NCBI RefSeq assembly: GCF_001194135.2
Contig: NC_068983.1
Location: 73,719,095-73,783,094, forward strand
Source of the DNA: Octopus bimaculoides
Taxonomy: Eukaryota
Reading direction: 5' to 3'
Length of the DNA stretch: 64,000 bases
In this document: positions 35,868 through 47,601 of the stretch, piece by piece
Layout of the letters: each line of letters starts with the position of its first letter
Position numbering within the stretch: the first letter of the stretch is position 1
Translations under genes and position numbers: made by a program
The notes under the pieces: model-generated
Databases searched by the model: none
What the model saw: only the letters and a program-made list of their open reading frames with translations
What the model was told of the DNA's origin: nothing

Positions 35868-36760
35868 CATGTATGTGTGTGTTAGTGTGGTCCCCCACCA
35901 CTTTTTCACAACCGGTGTTGGCGTGTTTACGGCCCCCATAACTTAGCGGTTCAACAAAAGAAACTGATAAAATAAGTAACAGAAGATGGCCTAAGCATGT
36001 ATGTCTGTGCCATCATGTCTGTATGGGTATGGATGTATCCATCTTCTTGTACTCGAGCGCGCGTACTGTATGTTTCCACTCATTTAAATATATTTATAAG
36101 CATATCTGTATGTACCACTACATATTCCTGTATGTACTACTTTACCTTACATATTTATGTATCTAGCTATGTATGTATGTATGTATGTATGTATGTATGT
36201 ATGTATGTATGTATGTATGTATCTATCCAATACAAACACACCTACCTACCTACCTGCCTACCTACCTACCTACCTACCTACCTACCTACCTACCTNNNNN
36301 NNNNNNNNNNNNNNNNNNNNNNNNNNNNNNNNNNNNNNNNNNNNNNNNNNNNNNNNNNNNNNNNNNNNNNNNNNNNNNNNNNNNNNNNNNNNNNNNNNNN
36401 NNNNNNNNNNNNNNNNNNNNNNNNNNNNNNNNNNNNNNNNNNNNNNNNNNNNNNNNNNNNNNNNNNNNNNNNNNNNNNNNNNNNNNNNNNNNNNNNNNNN
36501 NNNNNNNNNNNNNNNNNNNNNNNNNNNNNNNNNNNNNNNNNNNNCCTACCTACCTACCTGTCCATGCTGGTCACAATGAGATCATAAAGTATAACCAAGG
36601 CGCCGCAGGTTTCTCTTTTCAGCCGAAGCCAGCTGGACAGAGGAGACGGTTAAAAGCCAGACGGCACCACAATCTTCCTAATCCACGTTGGTAGACCCCT
36701 CACCTAGGATGCCTCGTGCTGCAACACTTTCTCCAACTGCAACCAGGTTTGTTCGGCTGC

Positions 36761-37327
36761 TAGCCCGGGTTCGAATTTTTTCCCCCCGAGAGTTCCGGAC
36801 CCCGGTAATGAACTCATTCGCATACAGCCAATCAGAGCTTACCTTGACCTTGTTGTCAAGTTAACAAACACACTCTACCAAGTAAACTCAAGACGAAGAA
36901 CAGTGTTGTATGTCGACCAATCGCCAAGTTATGCCTGATTTTAGAAGGAGACAAATAATTAGATTTGCATTTATACCAATTATCGGATTTTGTTAGGGCC
37001 CCATATGGTAAAGATGTGGATGGGAAAAATGTGGGTAGAGGGTGATGTGTTAGCAACCCTGTCCCCTTACTGTTTTATAAAGTAAACAGCAACACAAAAA
37101 ACTACGCAGAGGCAGCCATGGTTGAAACAAGAACAGGAATAACAAGCATTATTAAAAGAGAAAAGAAGCATGGTCATTCCTTAACCAAGTGACCTTATCT
37201 TATCTCCCATCACTTGTCATACGTTCATAAACTAATTTGATAGTTTAATCTCTGATTGGCTATATGCAAATGAGTTCATAACTGGGGTCCGGAACTCTCG
37301 TGGGAAAAAAATTTCGCAGCCTGGGCT
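36761..37327. mobile_element. Element bounded by ~77-bp inverted repeats (probable non-autonomous DNA transposon)
   Basis: 36761-36837 is the near reverse complement of 37250-37327. Confidence 0.65.
37255..37271 (+). promoter_or_regulatory. CCAAT box (ATTGG) plus octamer ATGCAAAT within the right inverted repeat
   Basis: CTGATTGGCTATATGCAAAT; mirrored with one mismatch at 36816-36832. Motif match only. Confidence 0.3.
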
Positions 37328-37329
37328 TC

Positions 37330-37565
37330 GATGCTCCTCAAGCCGAGAAGGGCAAATTGTCAAAGCATTGGCCGCTCCCTGACAAATTTGTGGTCGAGCC
37401 TGTGGCAGTGGAGACGTCCAGCGTTCTTGACCTACGGGCTAAAGCCCTGCTTACTGCTATCGGGGCAGAGATGGCTATTTGCAAGAGCGAGCTCCGTAAG
37501 TCGGAATGGCTGTTACAGCACGTCTCTCTCGCTATCCTCTAGGGCAACGCCTTTTCTATTTTGTC
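37330..37565 (+). pseudogene. CRE-clade-like LINE RLE C-terminal fragment
   Basis: AEKGKLSKH..FVVEPVAVETSSVL..LLTAIG..EWLLQHVSLAIL*GNAFSIL matches the F.P.A.ET.G..G / Q.LS.A..RGNA pattern. Confidence 0.6.
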
Positions 37566-37699
37566 CACGGGGACCATGAGGCGGACAGACAAGTCTCTTT
37601 ATATACATACCTATATATATCTTAAGTAGCTCTGTTTATGTAGCTGTATCTACATCTATGCATATGGTAGTTTGTGGATATATATTCACACACAGTGGA

Positions 37700-38013
37700 G
37701 GGCATTGTGAGTGTTTATTGAGCGAAAACACCTAAGAGCTCCACGAGGCTCCAGCAGAGGATGATGGCGAACCCTGCTGTACTCTTCCACCACAACTTTC
37801 TCTCACTCTTTCTTCCTGTTTCTGTTGTACCTGTATTTCAAAAGGCCAGCCTTGTCACACTCTGTGTCACGCTGAATCTTCCCCGAGAACTACGCTATGG
37901 GTACACGTATCTGTGGAGTGCTCAGCCACTTGCACGTTAACTTCACGAGCAGGCTGTTCCGTTGATCGGATCAACTGGAACCCTCGTCGTCGTAAACGAC
38001 GGAGTGCCAACAA
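37700..38013 (+). mobile_element. 5'-truncated family-C1 SINE
   Basis: Near-identical to the body and tail of 12743-13133. Confidence 0.85.
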
Positions 38014-39264
38014 ACATTCACACACAGACGCCCGCACGCACACTCGCACGCACACACACACGCNNNNNNNNNNNNNNNNNNNNNNNNNNNNNNNNNNNNN
38101 NNNNNNNNACACACACACACACACACATATGTGTGCATACCTCCCAGTCATCTTTTCCATGTTTGATCTCTCAGCCACTCTGTTATAGCCGAGCCATGAC
38201 CCCTGCCAACCGCTTTCCTCTTCCATCCCCCGCAGTCTAAGTTATCTTCTTAAAAAACATTTAAAATCCAAATTACAATTTGCCTTTACAAAACAACTAA
38301 ATATTATACTTCTACACATAAAAAAACAGTTGTTTATGCATCAATGCTTATCTATCTCTTTCACTGTAATTCAAAGCCAGTTTAATTAACATTCCGTTAC
38401 ATCCATTCAAAAAAAAAAAAAAAAAAAAAATCCCGACATTTTAACTTCTCCCACATATTCTATTTATATGCTTTTTTAAAAATTAATTACAAAACCAAAC
38501 GCCCAATTTTAGAATACCACACCCACCTGCCAGGTCACACCTACACACGTCCGATGCGGAAATCACCACTTTCGAATATTTACAAATATAAAATAAAAAT
38601 GAGTTGTCCAGCGTATTGATGCACATCTCACACCCATCAATACTTTTCAGCCAAATAAATGCAACCTCCGTTTAACAAAGGCACCCATATTTTGAGGATT
38701 TCCGCTGATGGGATGAAACTACTAGACAATGCAAGCTATTCAACAGTTATCGTATAAATTGCTTTCTCTTTCGTTAAGGAAGCCGAATATGTAGCCTTCT
38801 CTGTATCATATTTAACTTATATACATCTCTGTCGACCGGCAAGGTACTTCGTTTTTTTTTCGCTCGAGATTAAATTTCTTATAGGTGTGCTGTGTTAAAA
38901 ATGCAAGATATATATTGGAGAGAGAGAGACGAAAGATCATGCCGACAGCGGCTTGCAAGAACACCAGATGCATTTCGGCGTTGTTGAGCCTTGTCAGTAA
39001 TCGCAGCTACATACCTAGACGAACGCTTCCGATATGTAGGAAATTGAATAATACGTTCACTGATATTGTGAATAGCCGCCGGGCTTGATAAAAGCTCAGT
39101 GTACGCAATTAAATCAGTATTAAATCAATTCAAGTAGTATCTAATCAAATAGTCGTCTATATATATCATGCACCGTCGACAGGCAAGATACTGCGGATTT
39201 CGTCCGAGAGGCGACTAATTTCCTAATTTCGCCAAGGCATGTGACTGCGAGTATACATCATTGT

Positions 39265-39665
39265 GATATATTCTTTTATTCTTTTACTGGAGCACCGCCT
39301 TAAAAGTTTTTTTAAAATTGAACGCCTAGTACTTATTCTATCGGTCTATTTTGCCGAACCGCTTGGTTACGGGGACGTAAACACACCAACATCGGTTATC
39401 AAGCAATGGTGGGAGGACAAACATAGACACAAAGATACACACACACTTATACACACACACGCACACACACACACGCACACACACACACACACACATCTAT
39501 ACCCGACGGGTTTCTTTCAGTTTCCGTCTACCAAATCCACTCGCAAGGCTTCGATCGGCTTGAGGCTATAGGAGAATGCAGTTGCCCATGGTGCCACTCA
39601 GTGGGACTGACCCGGACCGTTGTGGTTGGGAAGCAAACTTCTTACCACACAGCCACGCCTTCGCA
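39265..39665 (-). mobile_element. Family-A SINE
   Basis: Tail, (CA) centre, 5' half with deletion. Confidence 0.75.
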
Positions 39666-40936
39666 TATATATATATATATATANNNNNNNNNNNNNNNNN
39701 NNNNNNNNNNNNNNNNNNNNNNNNNNNNNNNNNNNNNNNNNNNNNNNNNNNNNNNNNNNNNNNNNNNNNNNNNNNNNNNNNNNNNNNNNNNNNNNNNNNN
39801 NNNNNNNNNNNNNNNNNNNNNNNNNNNNNNNNNNNNNNNNNNNNNNNNNNNNNNNNNNNNNNNNNNNNNNNNNNNNNNNNNNNNNNNNNNNNNNNNNNNN
39901 NNNNNNNNNNNNNNNNNNNNNNNNNNNNNNNNNNNNNNNNNNNNNNNNNNNNNNNNNNNNNNNNNNNNNNNNNNNNNNNNNNNNNNNNNNNNNNNNNNNN
40001 NNNNNNNNNNNNNNNNNNNNNNNNNNNNNNNNNNNNNNNNNNNNNNNNNNNNNNNNNNNNNNNNNNNNNNNNNNNNNNNNNNNNNNNNNNNNNNNNNNNN
40101 NNNNNNNNNNNNNNNNNNNNNNNNNNNTATACATACATACATAGAGAAAGAAGAAGAAGAAGAAGGAGAGAGAGAGAGAGAGAGGGGGGGGTAGAGAGAA
40201 GGAGGGAAGAAAAAGAGGTTTACTTCCACACAAGTAGGAAAACAAGAAAATTGGTTTTGAAATTGAAAATGCACTTATACTTATGTCTTAAAACGAATTA
40301 TACTCTTTTACTCTTTTACTTGTTTCAGTCTTTTGACTGTGGCCATGCTGGAGCACCGCCTTTATAGTTAATTTTAAAAATATATATTAAAACACCATAC
40401 CGGTTTCTTTAATTTAAATTTGTTTTTCAATGGTAAATAAAAATATCAAGAAAAATATAAAGAAAGTGAATGCACAAGAGAAAAACATTCGCACAAGATA
40501 AAACAAACATTCACATAAAGCCAAATGTTTAATAAGTTTGACAGCTAATAAGAAATTATGAAAGTTCAAATGGCCGATATATCTCATAGCTATAATACGT
40601 TAGAAATTTGAAAGTTCAATAAGTTTCATAGCTATAGATTATGCTGGCAGTTAGACATAAAGAAGATTTCAAAGTATAATTATTAATTTTTTGTTTTGTT
40701 TTTGTGTATTGGTGGAATCGTTGGTCGTTTGCTTTACTCATTCGAATGTGTACCATTCGACGGGATTCCATAAAGTTTCCGTCTTCTCGATTTCATTCAG
40801 AAGGCTTGGATAGACCCAGGGCTATGGTGCAAGACACTTGCCCAAAATTCCACGTAGTATAATCCAACCCGAGAACTCGTGATTGCAAAGCTAACTTCCA
40901 CAACCTTTGGGCATACAATATTTATCTATACATATA

Positions 40937-41003
<67 letters not shown>

Positions 41004-41302
41004 GTATATGTATGCACACATATATTCATACAAACACACACACACATATAGATATACATACATACATACACACGGTTATGTGGGTATGCACGCTCACACA
41101 CATGCCTATGTGCGCACTCTTTTTACTCGTCAACTTACCCACCTATCTACCTCCCTCGCCTCCTTCCTCCCCCCTCTCTCTATCTCCTTCACACACGCAA
41201 ACATTCATATATCTATAAATCACGCACATAATACAGCTCTGGATGCATGCTTAGCCTATATCGAAGAAAGTATCAATGTATATGTTATTTGTTTAGGTGG
41301 AT

Positions 41303-41668
41303 GCGCAATGGCCCAGTGGTTAGGGCAGCGGAATCGTGGCCGTAGGATCACGGTTTCGATTCCCAGATCGGGCGCTGTGAGTGTTTATTGAGCGAAAACA
41401 CCTAAAGCTCCACGTGGCTCCGGCAGGGGGTGGTAGCGAACCCTGCTGTACTCTTTCACCACAACTTTCTCTCACTCTTTCTTCCTGTTTCTGTTGTACC
41501 TGTATTTCGAAGGGCCAGCCTTGTCACACTCTGTGTCACGCTGAATCACCCCAAGAGCCACGTTAAGGGAACACGTGTCTGTGGAGTGCTCAGCCACTTG
41601 CACGTAAATTTCATGAGCAGGCTGTTCCGTCGATCGATTCAACTGGAACTCTCGTCGTCGTAACCGAT
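41303..41668 (+). mobile_element. Full-length family-C1 SINE
   Basis: GCGCAATGGCCCAGTGGTTAG..GGTTTCGATTCCC head plus complete body. Confidence 0.9.
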
Positions 41669-41984
41669 GTGCGATAATGATATGGTCAAATGTTTTAATA
41701 CAAATGTCAATGTCAGAGATGAGTTATGTTAATATTTGTGTGAATTCTTTTGTCCTAATACTTGTACTCTACCCCTGTGTCTGTGTATGTGGGTGCGCGC
41801 TTATGTGTAAATGTCTTTATTTGTGTCTGATATATTGACTATACCTGTATCTTCAGAAATGCTACGGACGAAGCCAAGCACATCTATAGTAGTCGGAAAC
41901 AAAGCCTGTTTACATTTTAAAGCAGGATAGTGTATTAAACATAAACAAGCTTTAGGAGAAAGATTGATATAGAAATACGAACGA

Positions 41985-42798
41985 GGAATATCTGAAGAGA
42001 AATGTGTGAGGTAACAATACTAGATAACAGATGAAAAGAAACATAAGAGAGTGTGAGTACACAAAATAGGTAGATAGATAGACAGGTAGATAGATGGAGA
42101 GACATAGATGAATAGAAAGATATTCAGACAGATTGATAAATAGATAGACATACATATATACAGATAAATAGATAGATAGACAGATAGATAGATAGATAAA
42201 TAAATAGATAGATAGATAGAGAAACGGATAGAAGGAGTAAGAAAACAGTAGAGGCACACTATACAGAGGGATAGAAATATATTGAGAAGAGAGACTAAAC
42301 AAGAGCTAGTGAAAGAATTGGAAATAGGGATAAAGAAAAGGAGAATTAAAGAGATGATGCAAAGTATAAGGTAGATAATGAGGGTAGCATAAGTACAAAA
42401 GAAAGAAATTAAATGAAAGAGGTAAGTGAAATAATAGAATTGAGGGTAGAGAAATGAGAGAGAGAGAGAGAGAGAGAGAGGTAATTTAAAGAAATGGATA
42501 TTTTATATAGTCAAAATATTCTTTTTCTTGTTTTCTCCAACTGTTAAGAAAAAAGCAATGTGTGTAAAAAGTGATAAGGTAAGCGCAATAGAGAAGACAA
42601 AGAAGTAGAAAAGCTAGAGAGAGGGAGAGAGAGAGAGAGAGAGAGAGAGATAGACAGAGAAGGAGAGAGAAAGAAAGGAAGAGAGGACAAATAAACGTAG
42701 AGAGGATGAAGAGATGCTAGATGGATATATACATACATTAGTGCGAATAGCAATATTAGGGAAAGGTAGAGAATACGAAACTCAATGAGTGAGTGAGT

Positions 42799-42835
<37 letters not shown>

Positions 42836-42910
42836 AACTGAAAGAAAAAAAAGAAGGAAAGAGGGATATAGATGAGAGAAAGATAAATGCTAGAGAGGAA
42901 GCGAGAAAAC
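41985..42910 (+). repeat. Purine-rich low-complexity tract with (GATA)n and (GA)n
   Basis: Direct reading of the sequence. Confidence 0.8.
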
Positions 42911-45434
42911 ACCTCTTAGTTGTCTGTCGCTCAATGAGAACGAGGCAAGAAATGAGGGGAAAAGAGTTAGATGTTGTGGAGAGGGCCCTTGAGAACTGCT
43001 TAAGTGCGCGTTTGTGTGTAAGGGAGAGGAATTAGAGCGGGAATATTAAGCATGGTGCCAGAAAACAAACAAACAAAAAAACTTAGAAATTAAAAGTATA
43101 TATATATGTATTATTCAAAAGAATTCCCCAACTCTGTTTTTTATGTTTTATTTATGCTCTTATAATATTAATGTAGGATGTAGAATATATAGTATATATA
43201 GTAAAATGAAATTGTCTTATTGAATAAATGAAATATTGAATATCAAATATTAAATATTAAAGGACTAGTATACTTTTTTGCATTTTAGCAATTTTCAAGG
43301 TCCCATGTTGTGACAGGAAATATATATATATATATATATATATATATTGAGAGAGGAAAGTGGGATCATGAAAAAGAGGAGACCATTGATACTTATGAGA
43401 AAACGAGGAAAAGGTAAATAAAATATTGCGTGCACGTATGTGAGAGGGAAAGGGAAAGAGTGTATGTGTGAGTGAGAGTAAGACGGCGGAAGAAATAAAG
43501 AGTTGAATACACAAGCAGCGGTCGGTTTCATAAGAGAGAGAGAGAGAGAGAATGTAAGGCATAGGAAGCTCGGAGTGAGAAATAAAATGAGAGAGGTGAA
43601 GTTGAAGTAAGAGAGAGTGAGAGAGGAGGGAGAGAGAAAGAGAGATAGAGATCGAAAGTGAGAGAGAGAGAGATTGTTAAGGTAAGTGAATGAGTGAGAG
43701 TATGCGGTAGAAGCAAGCCAAAAGTGTTTTTGGTCGTTGAGAAAATCACATCTCGAACGGCAAGTTGAGAAAAAGAGAGCCAAGCTTGGATGGTTGTATG
43801 TTGATGGCTTAGTCTCACCAAAATTCGACACAATGGGTAAGTTAATAAATATCATTAATAATTATTATTTTTATTTGCATTATCAACATCATCGACATCT
43901 TTATATTGCATAATCGCGGGGTTTATCTTTGAGGTTATCGATGTTCCTTAGTAGTAACTGCTAACACTGCTGTTGATGAACGATGTTGTTATTTAGTCAT
44001 CGAGTTTTGTTATTGACGATTTTGTGGACCTCGTGTTTCTGAGTTCAGATCCTGTTCGATATCAGCTTGACCATAACATCCGCCCATAGTTCGATAAAAC
44101 AAGAAGTACCAGTGGTATGTTCGTGTCGATTCGATCATCTGTACGATATTTACGATATTGCTCTACATCTCGTCAAATGAAATAATTTCTTTTCATATTT
44201 TATAGAAGTGTTATTCGGTCGTTCGTGAAAGACGGGGAAAAATGTTTGTAGGTAGCCAAAGCTATCTGGAAAGGCATGCCGGGCAGACAAAACTGTTCGG
44301 GAAGATGTGACGAGTAGAACGGTTTTGGAAGGTGTAGTCGGCAGATAAAATTGAAACTGATTTTGCTGTTTAACCCTAGTAAACCCCGATCAAAGAAAAA
44401 AATATGTTAATCTAGTGATGATCATCCCGTGTTTTGCAAATTATATTAGGATTACCTTAACATATCCTTTAAGCCTCCTTCGTTGACTCGTTCGTAAGAG
44501 AACTGTTTGGGAATGCGGTGTGTAGACAAACCAGCGGACGAAGATGTACTATATAGACTAAAAAGTCTGTAAGTGGACAAAGCTGTACAGAGAGGTGTAA
44601 TGGGTTGACGATATGGTCAGAGAGTACTTACGGGTAGTCTGGTTCCATCGAACCTGGTTAATAATGGTTAGGATGAAGAAGAGATAGATAATAGATAGAT
44701 AGGGAGGGAGGGAGGTGGAAGAGAGAAGATTCTATTTAAAAACATGACAAAAAGATCTTAAGTTTAGCAGCGTACGATGAGTCAATCGCCTCCACTAATT
44801 CTTTCTCGCTTTACTTCCCACTTTCCAAGAGTTTATTTGCGTTTGTTTACCTTGATAAGGCAATAACTTGATTCTCACTCTATGAATTACTTCATAGTTG
44901 AATACTTTTAAACTGTTCTGTTACCTTGTTTTATTTTCTCTCTTTTCCATTTCGTGATTCCCTTGCCGTTCTTGTCGCTTGGTGACACGTTTTGGCGCAA
45001 GTACACCAGGACTGAGTACAACAAATAATATGCTCTATCCTATCCATGTTTTATTTCCATTAAATTGAGGTGTTATATCTTGATTCCAAGAAGGCCTTCG
45101 AATGTCGTAAACACTGCACTTCTTTGACTTTAAAAAAATGTGAAGATTCATGCATAATCATGTGCTTGTACATGTTTGTACGTACGCATGCATGTATGTA
45201 TAAACACACACACATACATGCTTATGTGTGTTTGGGTATGTATGAGTGTTTACATACGTTCGTTTGTATGCATGCATGCATGTATGTATGTATGTATGTA
45301 TGTGTGTATGTAAGCATGTATAAACACATGCATGTATGAGCGTTTGTATGTATGCATGCATGCATGTATGTATACATAAACACACATACTTGCTCATACG
45401 TATGTTTATGTACTACGTACTTATGTATGCATGC

Positions 45435-45467
<33 letters not shown>

Positions 45468-46869
45468 TGTATGTGCACATATCGTTCCCATGGGCACCTC
45501 GTCACTTTAACGCTGGCCTTGTTACCATGAATTCTCTACCCACGAAAGAATACTCATGATTTCTTGTCAGGATATCAGGCTTGCTTTTTCTTCTTTCTCT
45601 TCCAACTCACATCTTATTCTGAATAGCCTTAACTTCTATTATTTAAAAGAAAAATGTGCATCGTCGACTGACAGAATTGGTAGGGCGTGGGACAGGATAT
45701 GTTGCAATATTTAGTTACCTTATTTTGCATTCTAAGTGCTAACCTTATTTTACATTCTAAGTTCTAATCCTGCCGCATTCAATTTCACCCCTTTTTCAGG
45801 GGCAATATTATATGCATCAACCAAATATCATAGTCGGTGTGACCTTGTACTTAAGTTAAAATAATTTGTTAACGTTCCAAACGGGGGAGTCTCAACAGGG
45901 TTATCCACTATGCTAGAAATAGCAGCCAATTTTCATCAAATCATGCCCTACATTTTTCTTTTTATTAAAGAAAGGACGCTTTAGATTTTATAGTCCAAGA
46001 CACTAAATTCCTGGAAAAACAAAAGAAAAAGAAAAATCAGGAATTTTGTGTGTGTTAGATCTACTCGATCATACTAAACCATCAGTTGCCCTTCTTGTTT
46101 GGGCTCAAATCTCGCGAGGATAGAATAATACACTTTGCATTTCTCCGGAGTTGATAAGATATTAATAATTATATTATTGTCAATTCGTCTACCGTCGATT
46201 ATAATTATTACAGCACCAAAAAAATTGGTTAAATTTCCTGTGAAAAAGATTTAAAAAAGAAATAGTAACTAAATGAAGTCAATGTTAGGGAGGGAACACA
46301 GTATTAACACTGAAAGATAAAAAGAATTAATATAAGTAAATAAATAAGGCATACTTTAATCGCATGCTTTGAAAGAGAACCTAAACAGCACAGCAACACA
46401 CAACCAATCGCTAAATAAAGGCAGTATGTCACTAGACTAACCGCTGACCCATGGCATACGACCTCTTCAATTAAGATCCTGGCAACCAAACAGTCCAGCT
46501 TACGGCCCACACAAAAGGATAACAAATGTATTCTTATAGAGCATCCAAGATGCGAATTAGAGCCATAACAGAAGACAAAATATCCTCGTGACAGGTTGGT
46601 TGCGGGTGAAAAATGAATATATAGCATTATAAACTGTGCGCGTGTCTATCCACACACACACACACACACGTAGTTGTCGATAAATATGTAAATTCGTCAG
46701 TGTATTTGAATATATGCATATGTGAAGCATGTATGTCTGAACACGCACACATACATACACCCATACTTTCGCTCTCTTTTGCTCTTTCTTTCTCTCCCTC
46801 CTACACACATGCACAGACTGGTACAATATTGAGTTAAAACAATACAGATGTACAGCAGAATAAAATGTA

Positions 46870-47360
46870 GCTACTTCAATATGCTCCGGAACGACAATGG
46901 TTTAGTGTACGCCAACGGGGAGACCCCCACATGGTTGTTAAATCTGCTAGAAATAACAGCCAGATGTTTCCTTCTTAAACTACACTCTGCTGACTTTGCA
47001 AAGAAAAAATATGTTGGATAATGTAGCCCTGCGTGCTTTCGAAAGGACGGGATGGCCATGGCTGGAATATCCTTGATCATAGGTCTGTTCGTTCAGGGAG
47101 GGACAACAATAGAAGAATACCTGAAGAATTGTATCATATTAATTATGTATTTTCATATTAAGAAACAGTGACACGGAGTGTTACCGTATGTTGTGGTTTG
47201 CCCAGATTTACATCAGTCCTGATCAAGCAGAACTTTGATCAAAGACATGACCACTCCTTTTTTTAAGAGTATTTAGGACTACATTATCGATTTTTTTAAT
47301 GATGATTTGAGGCAGAGTTGACTTATTTCTAGCAGACTGTGCGACTACGTAGAAACTCTC
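46870..47360. repeat. Divergent pair of unclassified family-F interspersed repeats
   Basis: Motifs CTGATC..GCAGA.CT.TGATCAA, GGACTACATTATC and TATTTCTAGCAG on minus (46870-47090) and plus (47190-47360). Further copies near 12.5, 44.4, 45.9, 52.9 and 54.3 kb. Confidence 0.55.
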
Positions 47361-47460
47361 TAAACGGCTAAGTTTTACTTACATTTCAAATGCTATGGTT
47401 TCGACTTTTTGATTGAAAAATAAATTACAAGTGCAGACGAGATATATTTATATACTCACT

Positions 47461-47601
47461 CACTAGCGTAGCTGGGGGGCGAGAGGTAGGGGGCTGTCCG
47501 CCCCGGGCGGCACTTTTAAAGGGGCGGCACTTTTGGGTTTGCTGTAGGTAATATGTGTTTTTTGTGGGGTCCGGCCGCCACACACTCTAGCTACGCTAGT
47601 G
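47461..47601. mobile_element. Short hAT-like MITE
   Basis: TIR CACTAGCGTAGCT / AGCTACGCTAGTG; possible decayed 8-bp TSD TACTCACT/TATACACT; related copy at ~54376-54520. Confidence 0.65.

Noticed and set aside
34689-35946. Long ORFs in the track here and at 6.9-8.0, 39.6-40.4, 47.7-50.4 and 54.6-55.8 kb
   Set aside because: They are long only because they read through N-runs; the real sequence is TE or microsatellite.
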